From: Phycisphaerae bacterium
GTDB lineage: Bacteria > Planctomycetota > Phycisphaerae > UBA1845 > Fen-1342
Direction: 5' to 3'
Assembly: GCA_050115495.1 (NCBI GenBank)
Contig: JASFQK010000029.1
Coordinates: 24,368-88,367 of the forward strand
Length of the DNA: 64,000 nt
A program made the translations under genes and the position numbers. A model generated the notes under the pieces. The model searched no databases, was not told where the DNA came from, and saw only the letters and a list, made by a program, of their open reading frames with translations. Below, one piece after another: positions 20,743 through 31,340 of the stretch. Numbering within the stretch: position 1 is the stretch's first letter; every line of letters starts with the position of its first letter.

Positions 20743-21363
20743 TCACGCTCCTCGCGCCAGCGGCGGCCTACCGAGCTTTTCGTTAAACAGCAGCTTGGCT
20801 CTTTCCTGAAGGCGACGGACGCTTGTTCGCGGCTCTCCCAGGAAGCGGGCGATCTCCGTGCAATTGAGTCCGGCGTAGAGCCAGTACCTGCTAAACTCTG
20901 CCAATTCGGGGCCGTCGCCCTGTCGCTTCTCCAGCTCGTCTATCACAAGCTGCACGTCGACCGCCAGGTCCGGGTCCTGCCGGACAAGCCTGGGGAGTTC
21001 GGCGAATCGCGACTCATCAAGTGGGACAGTCGCGATGCGGCGACGGCGTTTCCGCGCGTGGTCGATCAGAACGTGGCGCATCACACTGTACATCGAGGCG
21101 CAGAAGTGCTTGCGGTTCTCCCAGGTCATTTCCTTCCAGGTCGCCTTCCCGCCGCCGGCCCGCCGCAGGGCGCTGTCGACGAGATCGGTCGTTTGTATCG
21201 ACTGAGCGTTGTCCTCGCCAGCCAGTAGTCCGTGGGCCATGCGGTTGAGTTCATCCATCAGCTCCGATAGGTCGCTCCAGGACACGGGCCCATCTTCGTC
21301 CCGGGGGCTGTTGTCGTTCACAGGGGGCTTCTCGTTGTGTTCGGCTTCGGCATCCTGATTCAT
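20743..21363 (-). CDS. ECF sigma factor, TIGR02999-like
   Basis: DELNRMAHGLL, SIQTTDLV, MRHVLIDHARKR; GGAGGAGG RBS; directly upstream of the kinase. Confidence 0.88.
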   Translation of the reverse strand: MNQDAEAEHNEKPPVNDNSPRDEDGPVSWSDLSELMDELNRMAHGLLAGEDNAQSIQTTDLVDSALRRAGGGKATWKEMTWENRKHFCASMYSVMRHVLIDHARKRRRRIATVPLDESRFAELPRLVRQDPDLAVDVQLVIDELEKRQGDGPELAEFSRYWLYAGLNCTEIARFLGEPRTSVRRLQERAKLLFNEKLGRPPLARGA

Positions 21364-21763
21364 AGTCTCCTCCTCCATGACTGCGTGCGCGTCCCCCGCA
21401 CAGGGGATGTCGCGACACTGAAACCATCTCCAACGCCAGAAGCAACGGCGTGATCGCTCACGCAACAGACAGCCACGCTTGGGCAGTAGGGTGATGCGTA
21501 AGCCTCACTTCCGGACTTTGGCGCGACTTGGCCGTTTCCGTCGCCATTGTACGCATATTGGTATGGGGTGCGGAAGCGCATCACGTGGATTGGGCACCGG
21601 AGAAAGGCGGACGCGGACCGTGCGTACGCCAGCCCGTAGCGACCAAGGCACGTCCGTGACACGGCTGGCGTCGCGATCGCGGGTCTTGCCTTCTGGGTGT
21701 CGGCTGTCGCGGGCCACTCAGCGGTGCCCGCACCAAGGTGTTGAACAGAACAAGGAGAGACAC

Positions 21764-22006
21764 ATGAAGGGACTGAGGAAGCTGGCGTTGCCGCCGAGGG
21801 AACGGCTCAGGAACCTCCAGAGCGCGGAGACGCGCTGGGTGCGTGGCGGCGCGCCGCCGGACCTCGCGCACCAAGTCGCAGGAGGGCCTCAGCCAAACGA
21901 CCAGATTATCCACACCGGTGGCTGCGTGGTGAGCACTAACCCCCAGATGTGCTCATATCATTACGAATACGGCCCGCCGCAATGCGTGACCGGAGCGAGC
22001 TGCTAG
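21764..22006 (+). CDS. lanA: Lanthipeptide precursor A3
   Basis: AAGGAG RBS; leader MKGLRKLALPPRERLRNLQSAETRWVRGG; core with 4 Cys. Confidence 0.85.
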   Translation: MKGLRKLALPPRERLRNLQSAETRWVRGGAPPDLAHQVAGGPQPNDQIIHTGGCVVSTNPQMCSYHYEYGPPQCVTGASC

Positions 22007-22197
22007 AGCGGGAACGCACAAGCGCTGTTGTCGGTGATGGCCCGCACGGTGCTTCGCGAGCAGATGCAGGCAAGAGAGACGTGTAGCTTGCATGATGTGC
22101 TGGAGTCCTCGGTAGTCGCCGTGCGCGCCGCGTGCAGTGTCGGCTGCGTAGCGGACAAACACAGCACGCACACGTATTGCTGAGAAAGGAGATGGTC

Positions 22198-22425
22198 ATG
22201 AAAGGGCTGAGAAGGCTGACGTTGCCGCCAAGAGAGCGGCTCAGGAACCTGCGAAGCGAGGACACGCGCTGGGTACGTGGTGGTGTGCAGCATGGCGTCG
22301 GAAGGGACCCACACCCCGTCGATGAGTGGGGCGGTGTTATCAACACGAGACTGACCTGTTGGTGCCCAGACACGCAGAGCTGCTGTTCGTCGGGTGGCTA
22401 CGAGCACTACGGGCCAACTGGCTAG
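22198..22425 (+). CDS. lanA: Lanthipeptide precursor A4
   Basis: AAGGAG RBS; leader nearly identical to A3; core with TCWCPDTQSCCSS. Confidence 0.85.
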   Translation: MKGLRRLTLPPRERLRNLRSEDTRWVRGGVQHGVGRDPHPVDEWGGVINTRLTCWCPDTQSCCSSGGYEHYGPTG

Positions 22426-22574
22426 AGTCCACTGTTGCTCGCACTGCACGGCAGCCGGCTTCGTTGTTGACGGGGCTGCAACGTCGCTGAGCACGCGAGC
22501 GTCGCACGAGGATGAACGGTCCGGCGGCGGGCTGTCCGCCGCCGGGTTGGGACTCGGGGGTGAATTCCTGTATA

Positions 22575-23939
22575 ATGGCAATGTCAACGGTGGGCTCAAT
22601 TGTGCACTTGGGGCGAGAGCAGGCTATTTGGCGCGCGATCCTGACGGGGCCGACAGCAGAGCGGGCCCAGGTGGTGGTCGAACTCATCGCGGACCGACTG
22701 CGGGGCGTGGCCGCAGATTGGATCCCGGACGGCCTCCCCGACGAATACCGTGGCTCCATAGTCAACAGCCCCGGCCTGGCGAGTGGACGGGCCGGGCTGG
22801 CCGTCTTCTATGGCTATCTGGCCCGTACCTGGTCGCGGAAGCGGGACCGGGAACGGTCGCTACAACTCCTGGAGGAGGCCATCGATCTGCTGGCCGTCAC
22901 GCACACACGCGCGTCCCTGTACGCCGGCTATGCGGGCACGGCGTGGGTCGCCGAGCACCTGCGTCGATTGCTGCTCGGAGCCGAAGGGGAGGATCCGAAC
23001 GGGGCCATCGACGAGGCGCTGCTGAAGCATCTCGACCGTTCGCCCTGGCCGGATGACTACGACTTGGTGAACGGACTCGTGGGATTCGGCGTGTATGCGC
23101 TGGAACGCCTGCCGCTGCCCGCCGCCGTGGAGTGTCTGACCCGCATCGTGGAGCGGCTGCACGAGATGGCCGAGCACACGCCGCCCGGTGTCACGTGGCT
23201 GTCTTCTCCCACACTACTGCCGGCACCGCAGCGTGCCCTTGCCCCCGGTGGATACTACAACCTCGGTGTAGCACACGGCATACCAGGCGTGATCGCTCTG
23301 CTGGCGTGGGCGTGCGCGGCCGACGTGTCTGCAGAGAAGGCGAGACCGCTGTTGGAGGGCGCGGTCGAGTGGCTTCTGGCGCAGAGGTTGCCAGAAATTG
23401 CCGGCTCCACGTTCCCGCTCTGGGCAGCGCCTGGGATCGACGTCCGGCCGGCGAGGCTGGCGTGGTGCTACGGCGATGCAGGCATCGCCGCTGCGCTGCT
23501 GTCGGCGGCAAGGTGCGTTGGCAATAGCACCTGGGAGGCCGAGGCGGTGGCCATCGCCCGCCGGGCAGCGCGACGCCGATTCGAGGATTCCGGCGTGGTG
23601 GACGTCGGCCTCTGCCACGGCGCCGCCGGTCTGGGACATATCTTCAACCGTCTCTACCAGGCCACCGGCGACGGCGAACTGGGCGGCGCGGCACGTCAAT
23701 GGTTCACGCATAGCCTGACGATGCGACGGCCGAACGAGGGAATAGCGGGCTACCTGGCGTCGATGCGTCCGCCCGATGGCGAGGAGAGATGGGTGGCCGA
23801 TCCGTGCTTTCTCACGGGTGCGGCGGGGATTGGGCTGGCACTGCTGGCGGCGATCACGCCGGTTGAACCCGCCTGGGACAGGGTGCTACTCGTGTCGGTG
23901 CCGCCGACGCGGTCACAGAGAGGCGCGGACCGTGGATGA
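22575..23939 (+). CDS. lanC: Lanthionine cyclase LanC
   Basis: YDLVNG, LGVAHGIPG, WCYGDAG, LCHGAAG motifs; start uncertain. Confidence 0.95.
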   Translation: MAMSTVGSIVHLGREQAIWRAILTGPTAERAQVVVELIADRLRGVAADWIPDGLPDEYRGSIVNSPGLASGRAGLAVFYGYLARTWSRKRDRERSLQLLEEAIDLLAVTHTRASLYAGYAGTAWVAEHLRRLLLGAEGEDPNGAIDEALLKHLDRSPWPDDYDLVNGLVGFGVYALERLPLPAAVECLTRIVERLHEMAEHTPPGVTWLSSPTLLPAPQRALAPGGYYNLGVAHGIPGVIALLAWACAADVSAEKARPLLEGAVEWLLAQRLPEIAGSTFPLWAAPGIDVRPARLAWCYGDAGIAAALLSAARCVGNSTWEAEAVAIARRAARRRFEDSGVVDVGLCHGAAGLGHIFNRLYQATGDGELGGAARQWFTHSLTMRRPNEGIAGYLASMRPPDGEERWVADPCFLTGAAGIGLALLAAITPVEPAWDRVLLVSVPPTRSQRGADRG

Positions 23940-26900
23940 GGCTGGTGACAACCGAGCCGACGGCGAGGAGTTGGTTCCGTCGGGCTTCTTCGTGCTGCGG
24001 ACGCCGCTCTTGCCGTTCGACACGCTGCGGGTTTGGAGTGCAGACCTGGAGGCGCCGCGCGCGTTGGGAGACGCCGCCCGTCTAGAGGCGGCGTTGGCGA
24101 CCGACCGGGCGCGACTGCGGGAGCGGTTACGAGATATCCTGGGACTGCCGGAGTTCAACGAGGCGCTCTTCGTCGCCGCCCCCAGTCTCTGGAAGCAACT
24201 GTCGGACTGGCGGGACGATCCGGACAGCAAGCGGGGCCGGAAGGTCGAGCACCCACTCGTGGGGTACGTGGTGCGGGCGGCGGCGCGGCCGACACCGTTC
24301 GGCTTGTTCGCCGGCTGCGCTGTGGGTGTGCTGGGGTCGAAAACCGTCTTGGACGTGCCACCGCGTGACCGCTACAGGCGGCACACGCGCCTGGACATGG
24401 GCTACCTGCTCAAACTGACGAACCGGCTGGAGAGCGATCCGGAGATCCGCCGGGGTCTGCCGTACAACCCCAATTCGAGCCTGTACCGCGCCGCGGGGCG
24501 GTTGCGCTACGCCGAAGCCGAGCTCAAGGACGGCACGCGCTCGTACCAGTTGGTGGCACTCGACGAAGACGACTATCTGCGAGCGACGCTGGCGGCAGCG
24601 CGAAGCGGGGCGCAACCTGGCACGCTGGCCGAGGGTCTGGTGTCGGCGGACGGGGAGGTCACGCTCGCCGAGGCTGAGGCGTACATCGGGAATGACGTGA
24701 TCGGCAGCCAGATCCTGGTTTCCGAGCTGGCGCCGGCGGTCACCGGGCCCGAGCCGATGCATGCCCTGCTGAGCACGTTGCGCGAGTTACCCGTGGCGGC
24801 GGACGTGGTGGACGCCCTGGAGCGTGTGCACGCTGCCGTCGAGTCGCTCGACGACGGCGGGCTGGGCGCCGACCCGGAACGCTATCGCGCCGTCGTCCGA
24901 GCCGTGGAGAAGTTGCCGGCCGATGTGGAACCGAACCGGCTGTTCCAGGTGGACATGACGAAGCCGACAGCGGATGCCGCCCTGTCAGACGCTGTGGTGC
25001 GCGAACTGGTCCGTGGTGTCCATACGTTGCACAGGCTCAGTCCCTCGCGAAAACGGCTGGACAAGATGGCCGATTTTCGCAGCGCGTTCACCGATCGCTA
25101 CGGCGACCGCGAGGTCCCGCTGGTCGAGGCACTGGACGAGGAGATCGGTATCGGTTTCGAGCGCTCGACGGCGCCAACGGCCGAGGCTTCACCGCTGCTG
25201 GCGGGGCTGTCGCTGCCGGACACCAGCGACGACGCGATGCGCTGGACCGCACGCGACATCCTTCTGCTCCACAAACTGGAGGAGGTTCTCGCGACAGGGG
25301 CGACCGAGATCGAGCTGACCCCCAGTGACCTCGATCGCCTCGGGCAAACGGACCGGTTGCCGTTGCCGGATGCCTTCGCCGTGACGGCCATGCTGGCCTC
25401 GCCGTCGCCGGCAGCGCTGGCCGAGGGAGACTTCCGGCTGCTGTTGCGCAATGTGTCCGGCCCATCGGGCGGCGTCTTGCTGGGAAGATTCTGTCATTGC
25501 GACGAGACGCTCCGCCGCCTCGTCGAGCAGCACGTACGGGCGGAGGAAGTGCTGCAACCGGACGCGGTTTTCGCGGAGATCGTGCACTTGCCGGAGGGTC
25601 GCCTGGGGAACATCCTCTGTCGGCCGGTGCTCCGCGACTACGAGATTCCCTTTCTGGGGCGCTCGGGGGCGTCGCGGGAGAGGCAACTGCCCGTGACCGA
25701 TCTGCTGGTCACGGTGATCGGGGACCGGGTTGTGCTGCGTTCGGCCCGTCTGGACCGCGAGGTCGTGCCCCGACTGACGACCGCCCACAACTTCACGGCG
25801 CGCAGCATGGGCACGTACCGCTTCCTGTGCACGCTGCAGTTGCAGGGCGTCGCGACGGGCTTGTCGTGGGCCTGGGGGCCCTTGGAGAGCGCCCGGTATC
25901 TGCCGCGCGTATCCTGTGGTCGGCTGGTCCTGGCCCGCGCCCGCTGGCTGGCGGACTACAAGGAGATTGAGGCCCTCCAGCAGGCGGCCCGCGGAGCGGC
26001 CCAGTTTCAGGCCGTTCAAAAATGGCGCACGCGTCGCAAGCTGCCACGGCTCGTCGCGCTGGCGGAGGCGGACAACGAGCTCGAGGTCGACTTCGACAAT
26101 GTCCTGAGCATCGAGGCGTTCCTGCACTCGGCGAGCACGTCGATACGGCGGTGGCGGACGGCGGCCCGCCTGGTAGAGATATTCCCTGCTCCGGACGAGC
26201 TATGCGCCGCCGGGCCGGAGGGACGTTTCACGCACGAGCTCATCGTGCCCTTCACGCGGGCGCGACAGCCGGTCTCGCGACGGCTGCCGCCGCGAGTCCA
26301 GGTTTCCTCGTGGCAGCAGCGAACGTTGGTGCCGGGGTCGGAGTGGCTGGACCTGCGGATCTACACCGGGAGCTCGACGGCGGACCGCGTGCTCCGCGAT
26401 GTCGTTGGTCCGTTCGTGCGTAACCACATGCAGGCGGGTCTCATCGATCGCTGGTTCTTCATCCGCTACAGCGATCCGGAGTGGCACCTGCGCCTGCGCC
26501 TGCACGGCGAGCCGGCGACGCTCCAGGCCAGTGTGCTCCCGGCGCTCAACGAGGCCATCGGAGCACTGATCGGCGCGGGATGTGCCTGGCGCATGCGTGT
26601 TGACACGTATGAGCGTGAGGTCGAGCGTTACGGTGGACTCGACGGTGTTGTTCTCGCCGAACGACTTTTCCACGCCGACAGCGAGGCCGTGCAGGCCATC
26701 GTCGAGCTCCTGGACGGTGAGGAGGGTGCCGACGCCCGGTGGCGTCTGGCGGTGCGCGGCATGGACATGCTGCTCACCGACGTCGGCCTCGATCTGCCCC
26801 GGAAGCTCGACCTGGCCAAGCGCGCCTACCGGGCGCTGTCGCGCGAGTTCGGCGTGGATACACCTCGCTTCCGGACGGAACTCAGGAAACGGTTCGACCC

Positions 26901-27234
26901 ACTGCGTCCCGAACTCACCGGCCTGCTGGATCCGGCCGGCGATGAGAGCAGCCCGCTCGCTCCGGCCTTGCGGGTGCTCCGGCGGCGCTCGGTGGCATTG
27001 GAGCCAGTCGCGGCGGCACTGCAAGCGCTGGCTGAAGACCGGCGCCTGACACGGTCGCTGGAGGACATGGCCTCGAGCTACGTGCACATGCACGTCAACC
27101 GCATGCTGCGCTCGGCGCAGCGGGCCCAGGAGATGGTGCTCTACGACTACCTCGTGCGGCTGTACGAGATCTTCGGCCACACACGGCAGCCGGGTCCTCG
27201 ACCTGGCCGTCGCGTTGACCTGCCGATCGGCTAG
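23932..27234 (+). CDS. lanB: Full-length lanthipeptide dehydratase LanB
   Basis: [26 protein letters not shown]; elimination domain [25 protein letters not shown]; overlaps lanC stop. Confidence 0.96.
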   Translation: MDEAGDNRADGEELVPSGFFVLRTPLLPFDTLRVWSADLEAPRALGDAARLEAALATDRARLRERLRDILGLPEFNEALFVAAPSLWKQLSDWRDDPDSKRGRKVEHPLVGYVVRAAARPTPFGLFAGCAVGVLGSKTVLDVPPRDRYRRHTRLDMGYLLKLTNRLESDPEIRRGLPYNPNSSLYRAAGRLRYAEAELKDGTRSYQLVALDEDDYLRATLAAARSGAQPGTLAEGLVSADGEVTLAEAEAYIGNDVIGSQILVSELAPAVTGPEPMHALLSTLRELPVAADVVDALERVHAAVESLDDGGLGADPERYRAVVRAVEKLPADVEPNRLFQVDMTKPTADAALSDAVVRELVRGVHTLHRLSPSRKRLDKMADFRSAFTDRYGDREVPLVEALDEEIGIGFERSTAPTAEASPLLAGLSLPDTSDDAMRWTARDILLLHKLEEVLATGATEIELTPSDLDRLGQTDRLPLPDAFAVTAMLASPSPAALAEGDFRLLLRNVSGPSGGVLLGRFCHCDETLRRLVEQHVRAEEVLQPDAVFAEIVHLPEGRLGNILCRPVLRDYEIPFLGRSGASRERQLPVTDLLVTVIGDRVVLRSARLDREVVPRLTTAHNFTARSMGTYRFLCTLQLQGVATGLSWAWGPLESARYLPRVSCGRLVLARARWLADYKEIEALQQAARGAAQFQAVQKWRTRRKLPRLVALAEADNELEVDFDNVLSIEAFLHSASTSIRRWRTAARLVEIFPAPDELCAAGPEGRFTHELIVPFTRARQPVSRRLPPRVQVSSWQQRTLVPGSEWLDLRIYTGSSTADRVLRDVVGPFVRNHMQAGLIDRWFFIRYSDPEWHLRLRLHGEPATLQASVLPALNEAIGALIGAGCAWRMRVDTYEREVERYGGLDGVVLAERLFHADSEAVQAIVELLDGEEGADARWRLAVRGMDMLLTDVGLDLPRKLDLAKRAYRALSREFGVDTPRFRTELRKRFDPLRPELTGLLDPAGDESSPLAPALRVLRRRSVALEPVAAALQALAEDRRLTRSLEDMASSYVHMHVNRMLRSAQRAQEMVLYDYLVRLYEIFGHTRQPGPRPGRRVDLPIG

Positions 27235-27312
27235 GATACTCACCAGGGCTGGAGCCCCAATGGTGATCCACTGCCCGCTGCACGTTTGATTGCTACGGGA
27301 GGCAAGTCTGGC

Positions 27313-28863
27313 GTGGCCAAGCGGCGCGACAGCCTGGTTCGCCCGGCGGTGCGCGAACGAATCGCCACCGCGGATCATCGCGGGGGTGACGTCCTGCGTC
27401 TCGATCCCGCATCCACGATGCGGCGGGCGCGGTGGCTGATCCTGCTGCTGCTCGCCGTGTCCATGGCCGGCCTCGTGACCGTGCGTATTCCCGAGTATGC
27501 GTGGGGGCCGGCGGTGGTCTGGCTCGAGCATCATGACGTGCTGGCCGCGGAAGCGGGAATGGTGTCCCGCGTGGACGTGTGCCCCGGCCAGCAGGTCCGC
27601 CGGGGTGATGTCCTCGTCCGTTTCTGCGACGAGCGGGAGGTGGCTGAGCTCAGGCGGATCGAGCAGGCGTACGAGCTGCAACTGGTCAACACCCTGCGTG
27701 ATCCCCTGGACCAGGCGGCGTGCCGGGAGCTGACCGCCCTGCGCGCCCAGCGAACACTGGCCGAAGAGCTCGTGCGGGAGAAGCGCGTCATCGCCCGCTA
27801 CGAGGGCACCGTAGGCGACGTGCGCGTTCAGCCGGGCCAATGCGTGGCGATGGGCGACATCCTCGTCACGCTGCTCCCGCCGGACGCCCCCACGGCCGAG
27901 GCGGACGATCCGCGCGTCATCGCCCTGCTGCCCGCCCACCATGCTCCGATGCTGAAGACGGGGCTGGAGCTGCGACTTGAGCCGTCCGGGCACCGGTACA
28001 CGTATGCCCAGGCCCGGGTGTGTGACGTGGGAAGCGAGGCGCTCGGACCGACGGCAATCCAGCGCTACCTGGGCCAGACCCTCGCCGACTCACTCGCACT
28101 CCAGGGCCCGTACGTAAAGGTCGAAGCGCACCTGGACCGCCGCACTGCGCTGGAAAAGGACGGAGAGACCTATAGCTTCGTGCACGGCATGCAGGGTACG
28201 GCTCGCGTGAAGATGCACTCCGCGCCCGCGGTGTGCGCGCTGGTTCCGCCGCTACGGCAAGTGATCGATGGGGGTGAAACGCCGATCGGCACGGCCCTGT
28301 TCGCAGGAGCAGCCGCAGCCGCGCTTTTCTTGGCCGTCTGGGTGATCCGCCGTCACGTGGTGAGGCTGATCGACCGCGTACGTCGCCCGTCCGTTCCCTT
28401 CATCGCCCAGGAAGGTCCCGACGACGGCGCGGCGGCCTGTCTGGCGATGGTGCTCGCGTTGCGCGGACAGCAGGTGACGCCAGCGGCGGTTGCAGCCCGC
28501 GTCGGTGCCCGGCGTGGTGCGGTCGTCGATTGGTATGAGGCGGCGTATCGTTACGGGCTCGCCTGCCGGGAATCGCGCATCGGCGTCGGCAGCACGCCTC
28601 TCGGACGCGGCCAGCCCGACGTCGGCCTGCTGCGGCAGTTGCCACCGGGGGCGCTGGTCGAGTTGCAGGGCGAGCTTGCGGTTCTCGAACGCGTCACCGC
28701 CACCGGCGTGAGTGTGCTGGACCCGCGCCGCGGGCGCCTGCACCTACCGCTGGGGCTGTTCGCCGGGATGTTCCGGCGGCGGGTGTGGACGTTTGAACCC
28801 CTCACGATAGACGCAGAGGAGCTGCTCGAGGTGACAGAAGACCAAACGACGGAGGAGGCCTAG
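27313..28863 (+). CDS. HlyD-like membrane fusion protein fused to a degenerate C39-like domain
   Basis: TM, GQQVRRGDVLV and GQCVAMGDILV lipoyl half-motifs; second TM; C-terminal VPFIAQEGPDDGAAACLAMVL. Confidence 0.85.
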   Translation: MAKRRDSLVRPAVRERIATADHRGGDVLRLDPASTMRRARWLILLLLAVSMAGLVTVRIPEYAWGPAVVWLEHHDVLAAEAGMVSRVDVCPGQQVRRGDVLVRFCDEREVAELRRIEQAYELQLVNTLRDPLDQAACRELTALRAQRTLAEELVREKRVIARYEGTVGDVRVQPGQCVAMGDILVTLLPPDAPTAEADDPRVIALLPAHHAPMLKTGLELRLEPSGHRYTYAQARVCDVGSEALGPTAIQRYLGQTLADSLALQGPYVKVEAHLDRRTALEKDGETYSFVHGMQGTARVKMHSAPAVCALVPPLRQVIDGGETPIGTALFAGAAAAALFLAVWVIRRHVVRLIDRVRRPSVPFIAQEGPDDGAAACLAMVLALRGQQVTPAAVAARVGARRGAVVDWYEAAYRYGLACRESRIGVGSTPLGRGQPDVGLLRQLPPGALVELQGELAVLERVTATGVSVLDPRRGRLHLPLGLFAGMFRRRVWTFEPLTIDAEELLEVTEDQTTEEA

Positions 28864-28891
28864 CGCCTCAGGCGCCGACCGGAGAACCAAC

Positions 28892-31300
28892 GTGCCGCTC
28901 CGCAAGAAGGGCATACCGTTCGTCCCGCAAATGACCGAGACCGACTGCGGCCCGGCCTGCTTGGCCATGGTGCTCGGCTACCACGGCCGCCAGGTAAGTC
29001 TGGCCGAGGTCCGCGAGGCGGTTGGCAGCGGCCCGGCCTCCGTGTACGAGCTGAAGGAGGCAGCCCGCGCGTACGGTCTGCGCGGTCGCGCCGTTTCGTT
29101 CGAGCAGATCGAGACGTTCCGGTTCGTGAAGCCCGGCTCCATCGTCCACATCTACATCTATTCCCCGCTCGGCTCGCGGCCGCACTTCGTGGTGTTCGAG
29201 GGCCTGGTGGACAACACGGTGCGCATCGTCGACCCGGCGGAAGGTCCGCTCAGTCGACCGATCGAGGGATTCGATCGCGAGTTCGCCGGCACCGTACTGA
29301 TGCTCGAGCCCACCGCAGGCTTCCAGCCGGGGCGGCGGCCACCCGCCCGGGCATGGCCTGCCCTGAAGCGAGCCATCGGCGATGCCCGTGTCTTGTCGCC
29401 GATCATCTTCGCATCATTGCTGGTTCAGGTCTTCGCCCTCGGCCTGCCGCTGCTGACGGGCCTGCTCGTCGAACGCGTCATCCCACGTGGCGACAGGTTC
29501 ATGCTGGCCTGCCTGGCGGCGGGCCTGTCCATTGTCGTGGTCTTCAACCTGGTCACCTCCCTGGTCCGGGCGCAACTGCTCGTGTATCTGCGTACACACG
29601 TCGACACACGGCTTATGCACCGCTTCGTCGAGCATCTGCTGAGCCTGCCGTACGCCTTCTTCCAGGAACGGCCGACCGGCGATCTCGTCATGCGGCTCAA
29701 CAGCCACACCAACATCCGCGAGGTGGTGACTTCGGGCGTTCTCTCCGGCGTGCTCGACGGCACGATGGTGATCGGCTACTTTATCCTGCTGTTCATCATT
29801 AGTTGGCCCATGGCCGTAACGGTCACGATTCTGGCCGTGCTGCACGTGACCCTCTTCGTCCTGGCCGGCCGCAAGTACGAGCTGCTGGCCAAGCAGGAAC
29901 TGGGTGCCCAGGCGGAATCCCAAGGCTACGGCGTGCAAATGGTCGCGGGTATCGAGACGCTCAAGGCCGCGGGCGCCGAGCCCGACGCCTGTGAACGTTG
30001 GTCCAACCTATTCGTCGACGTGCTGAACATCTCGGTGCGGCGCGGCCGATTGAGCGCCGTCGTGGAGTCGTTGCTGGGCGGGCTGCGCATGGCGTCGCCG
30101 CTCCTGGTGCTGTGCGTCGGCGGCTGGCTGGTGATCAACGGCCAGTTGAACCTGGGCGTGATGCTCGCCATCAGCGCCCTGGCCGGCAGGTTGCTCGTCC
30201 CACTCACCGGCCTGGTCAGCATCGCTCTGCAATTCCGGACGGTTCGGGGCTACCTCGATCGCCTCGACGACGTTCTGGAGACGGAGCCGGAGCAGGTGAT
30301 GCACTCGGTGCCGGCGCAGCACACGCTGGAGGGCCGGGTGGCGCTGGAGCACGTGTCGTTCCGTTACCGCACGCACGGTCCGCTGGTGGTCGACGACGTC
30401 TCGCTCGAACTGCACCCCGGTCAGCACGTCGCGATCGTTGGCCGGTCGGGATCGGGCAAGTCGACCGTGGCCCGCCTGCTGGTCGGCCTCTACACGCCGG
30501 CGGAGGGCCGCATTCTCTACGACGGCGTGGACCTGGAGGAGCTGCACTATCGGGCGGTGCGCCGGCAGTTGGGGCTGGTGCCACAGGATCCGTACCTCTT
30601 CGGCACGACCATCCGCAACAACATCGCCCTGGTCGATCCGACTATCGCGCTGGCCGACGTGCAGGAAGCGGCACGGCTGGCCCACATCCACGAAGACATC
30701 GAGACACTACCGCTCCAGTACGACACACCGTTGCCGGATCGCGGTGCTGCGCTGTCGGGCGGCCAGCGGCAGCGGCTCGCCCTGGCCCGCGCCCTGGTGC
30801 ACAAGCCGAGGATTCTCGTGCTGGACGAGGCCACCAGCGACCTGGACACCATCACGGAGCGGGCCATTCAACAAAACCTGCGCAACCTGGGCTGTACGGT
30901 GATCATCATCGCCCATCGGCTGAGCACGATTGTCGACGCGGACGTCATCTACGTCATGAAGAACGGACGCATCGACGAGTCCGGCACGCATGAGCAGCTC
31001 GTCGCCCGCGGCGGTGAGTACGCCGCGCTGGTGTTCGCCCAGCAGGACGCCGGCGACGGCTCGCGGGCGGTCCGGCCACGACCGCACCGGCTGACCACGC
31101 GTGTACGCGGCCGGGGCAGCGTCACCGTGCATGGGGATGGCGAGTCTCCTGCGGGAATGCGGGTGTACGTGCTGGCCAACCCCGATTCAGGCTGGCGCTT
31201 CGACCACTGGGAAGGGGATCTGGCTGACCGATTGAATCCGGCCGGCGTGGACATGGACAAAGACCGAACGGTGACCGCCGTCTTCACGCAGCCGGGCTAG
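28892..31300 (+). CDS. lanT: Peptidase-containing ABC exporter (C39-TMD-NBD) with extra C-terminal domain
   Basis: QMTETDCGPACLAM, HFVV, GRSGSGKS, LSGGQRQR, LDEATS, IAHRL. Confidence 0.95.
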   Translation: MPLRKKGIPFVPQMTETDCGPACLAMVLGYHGRQVSLAEVREAVGSGPASVYELKEAARAYGLRGRAVSFEQIETFRFVKPGSIVHIYIYSPLGSRPHFVVFEGLVDNTVRIVDPAEGPLSRPIEGFDREFAGTVLMLEPTAGFQPGRRPPARAWPALKRAIGDARVLSPIIFASLLVQVFALGLPLLTGLLVERVIPRGDRFMLACLAAGLSIVVVFNLVTSLVRAQLLVYLRTHVDTRLMHRFVEHLLSLPYAFFQERPTGDLVMRLNSHTNIREVVTSGVLSGVLDGTMVIGYFILLFIISWPMAVTVTILAVLHVTLFVLAGRKYELLAKQELGAQAESQGYGVQMVAGIETLKAAGAEPDACERWSNLFVDVLNISVRRGRLSAVVESLLGGLRMASPLLVLCVGGWLVINGQLNLGVMLAISALAGRLLVPLTGLVSIALQFRTVRGYLDRLDDVLETEPEQVMHSVPAQHTLEGRVALEHVSFRYRTHGPLVVDDVSLELHPGQHVAIVGRSGSGKSTVARLLVGLYTPAEGRILYDGVDLEELHYRAVRRQLGLVPQDPYLFGTTIRNNIALVDPTIALADVQEAARLAHIHEDIETLPLQYDTPLPDRGAALSGGQRQRLALARALVHKPRILVLDEATSDLDTITERAIQQNLRNLGCTVIIIAHRLSTIVDADVIYVMKNGRIDESGTHEQLVARGGEYAALVFAQQDAGDGSRAVRPRPHRLTTRVRGRGSVTVHGDGESPAGMRVYVLANPDSGWRFDHWEGDLADRLNPAGVDMDKDRTVTAVFTQPG

Positions 31301-31340
31301 GCCGATTGTGGGCGACCGTCGGCGAAGAACGGGACGCGTC

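Noticed and set aside
23932..27234. Thiopeptide or pearlin pathway
   Set aside because: LanB is full length with LanC adjacent; no YcaO or split LanB
26200..27993. 597-aa minus-strand ORF and similar long antisense ORFs
   Set aside because: High-GC shadow frames opposite well-supported genes
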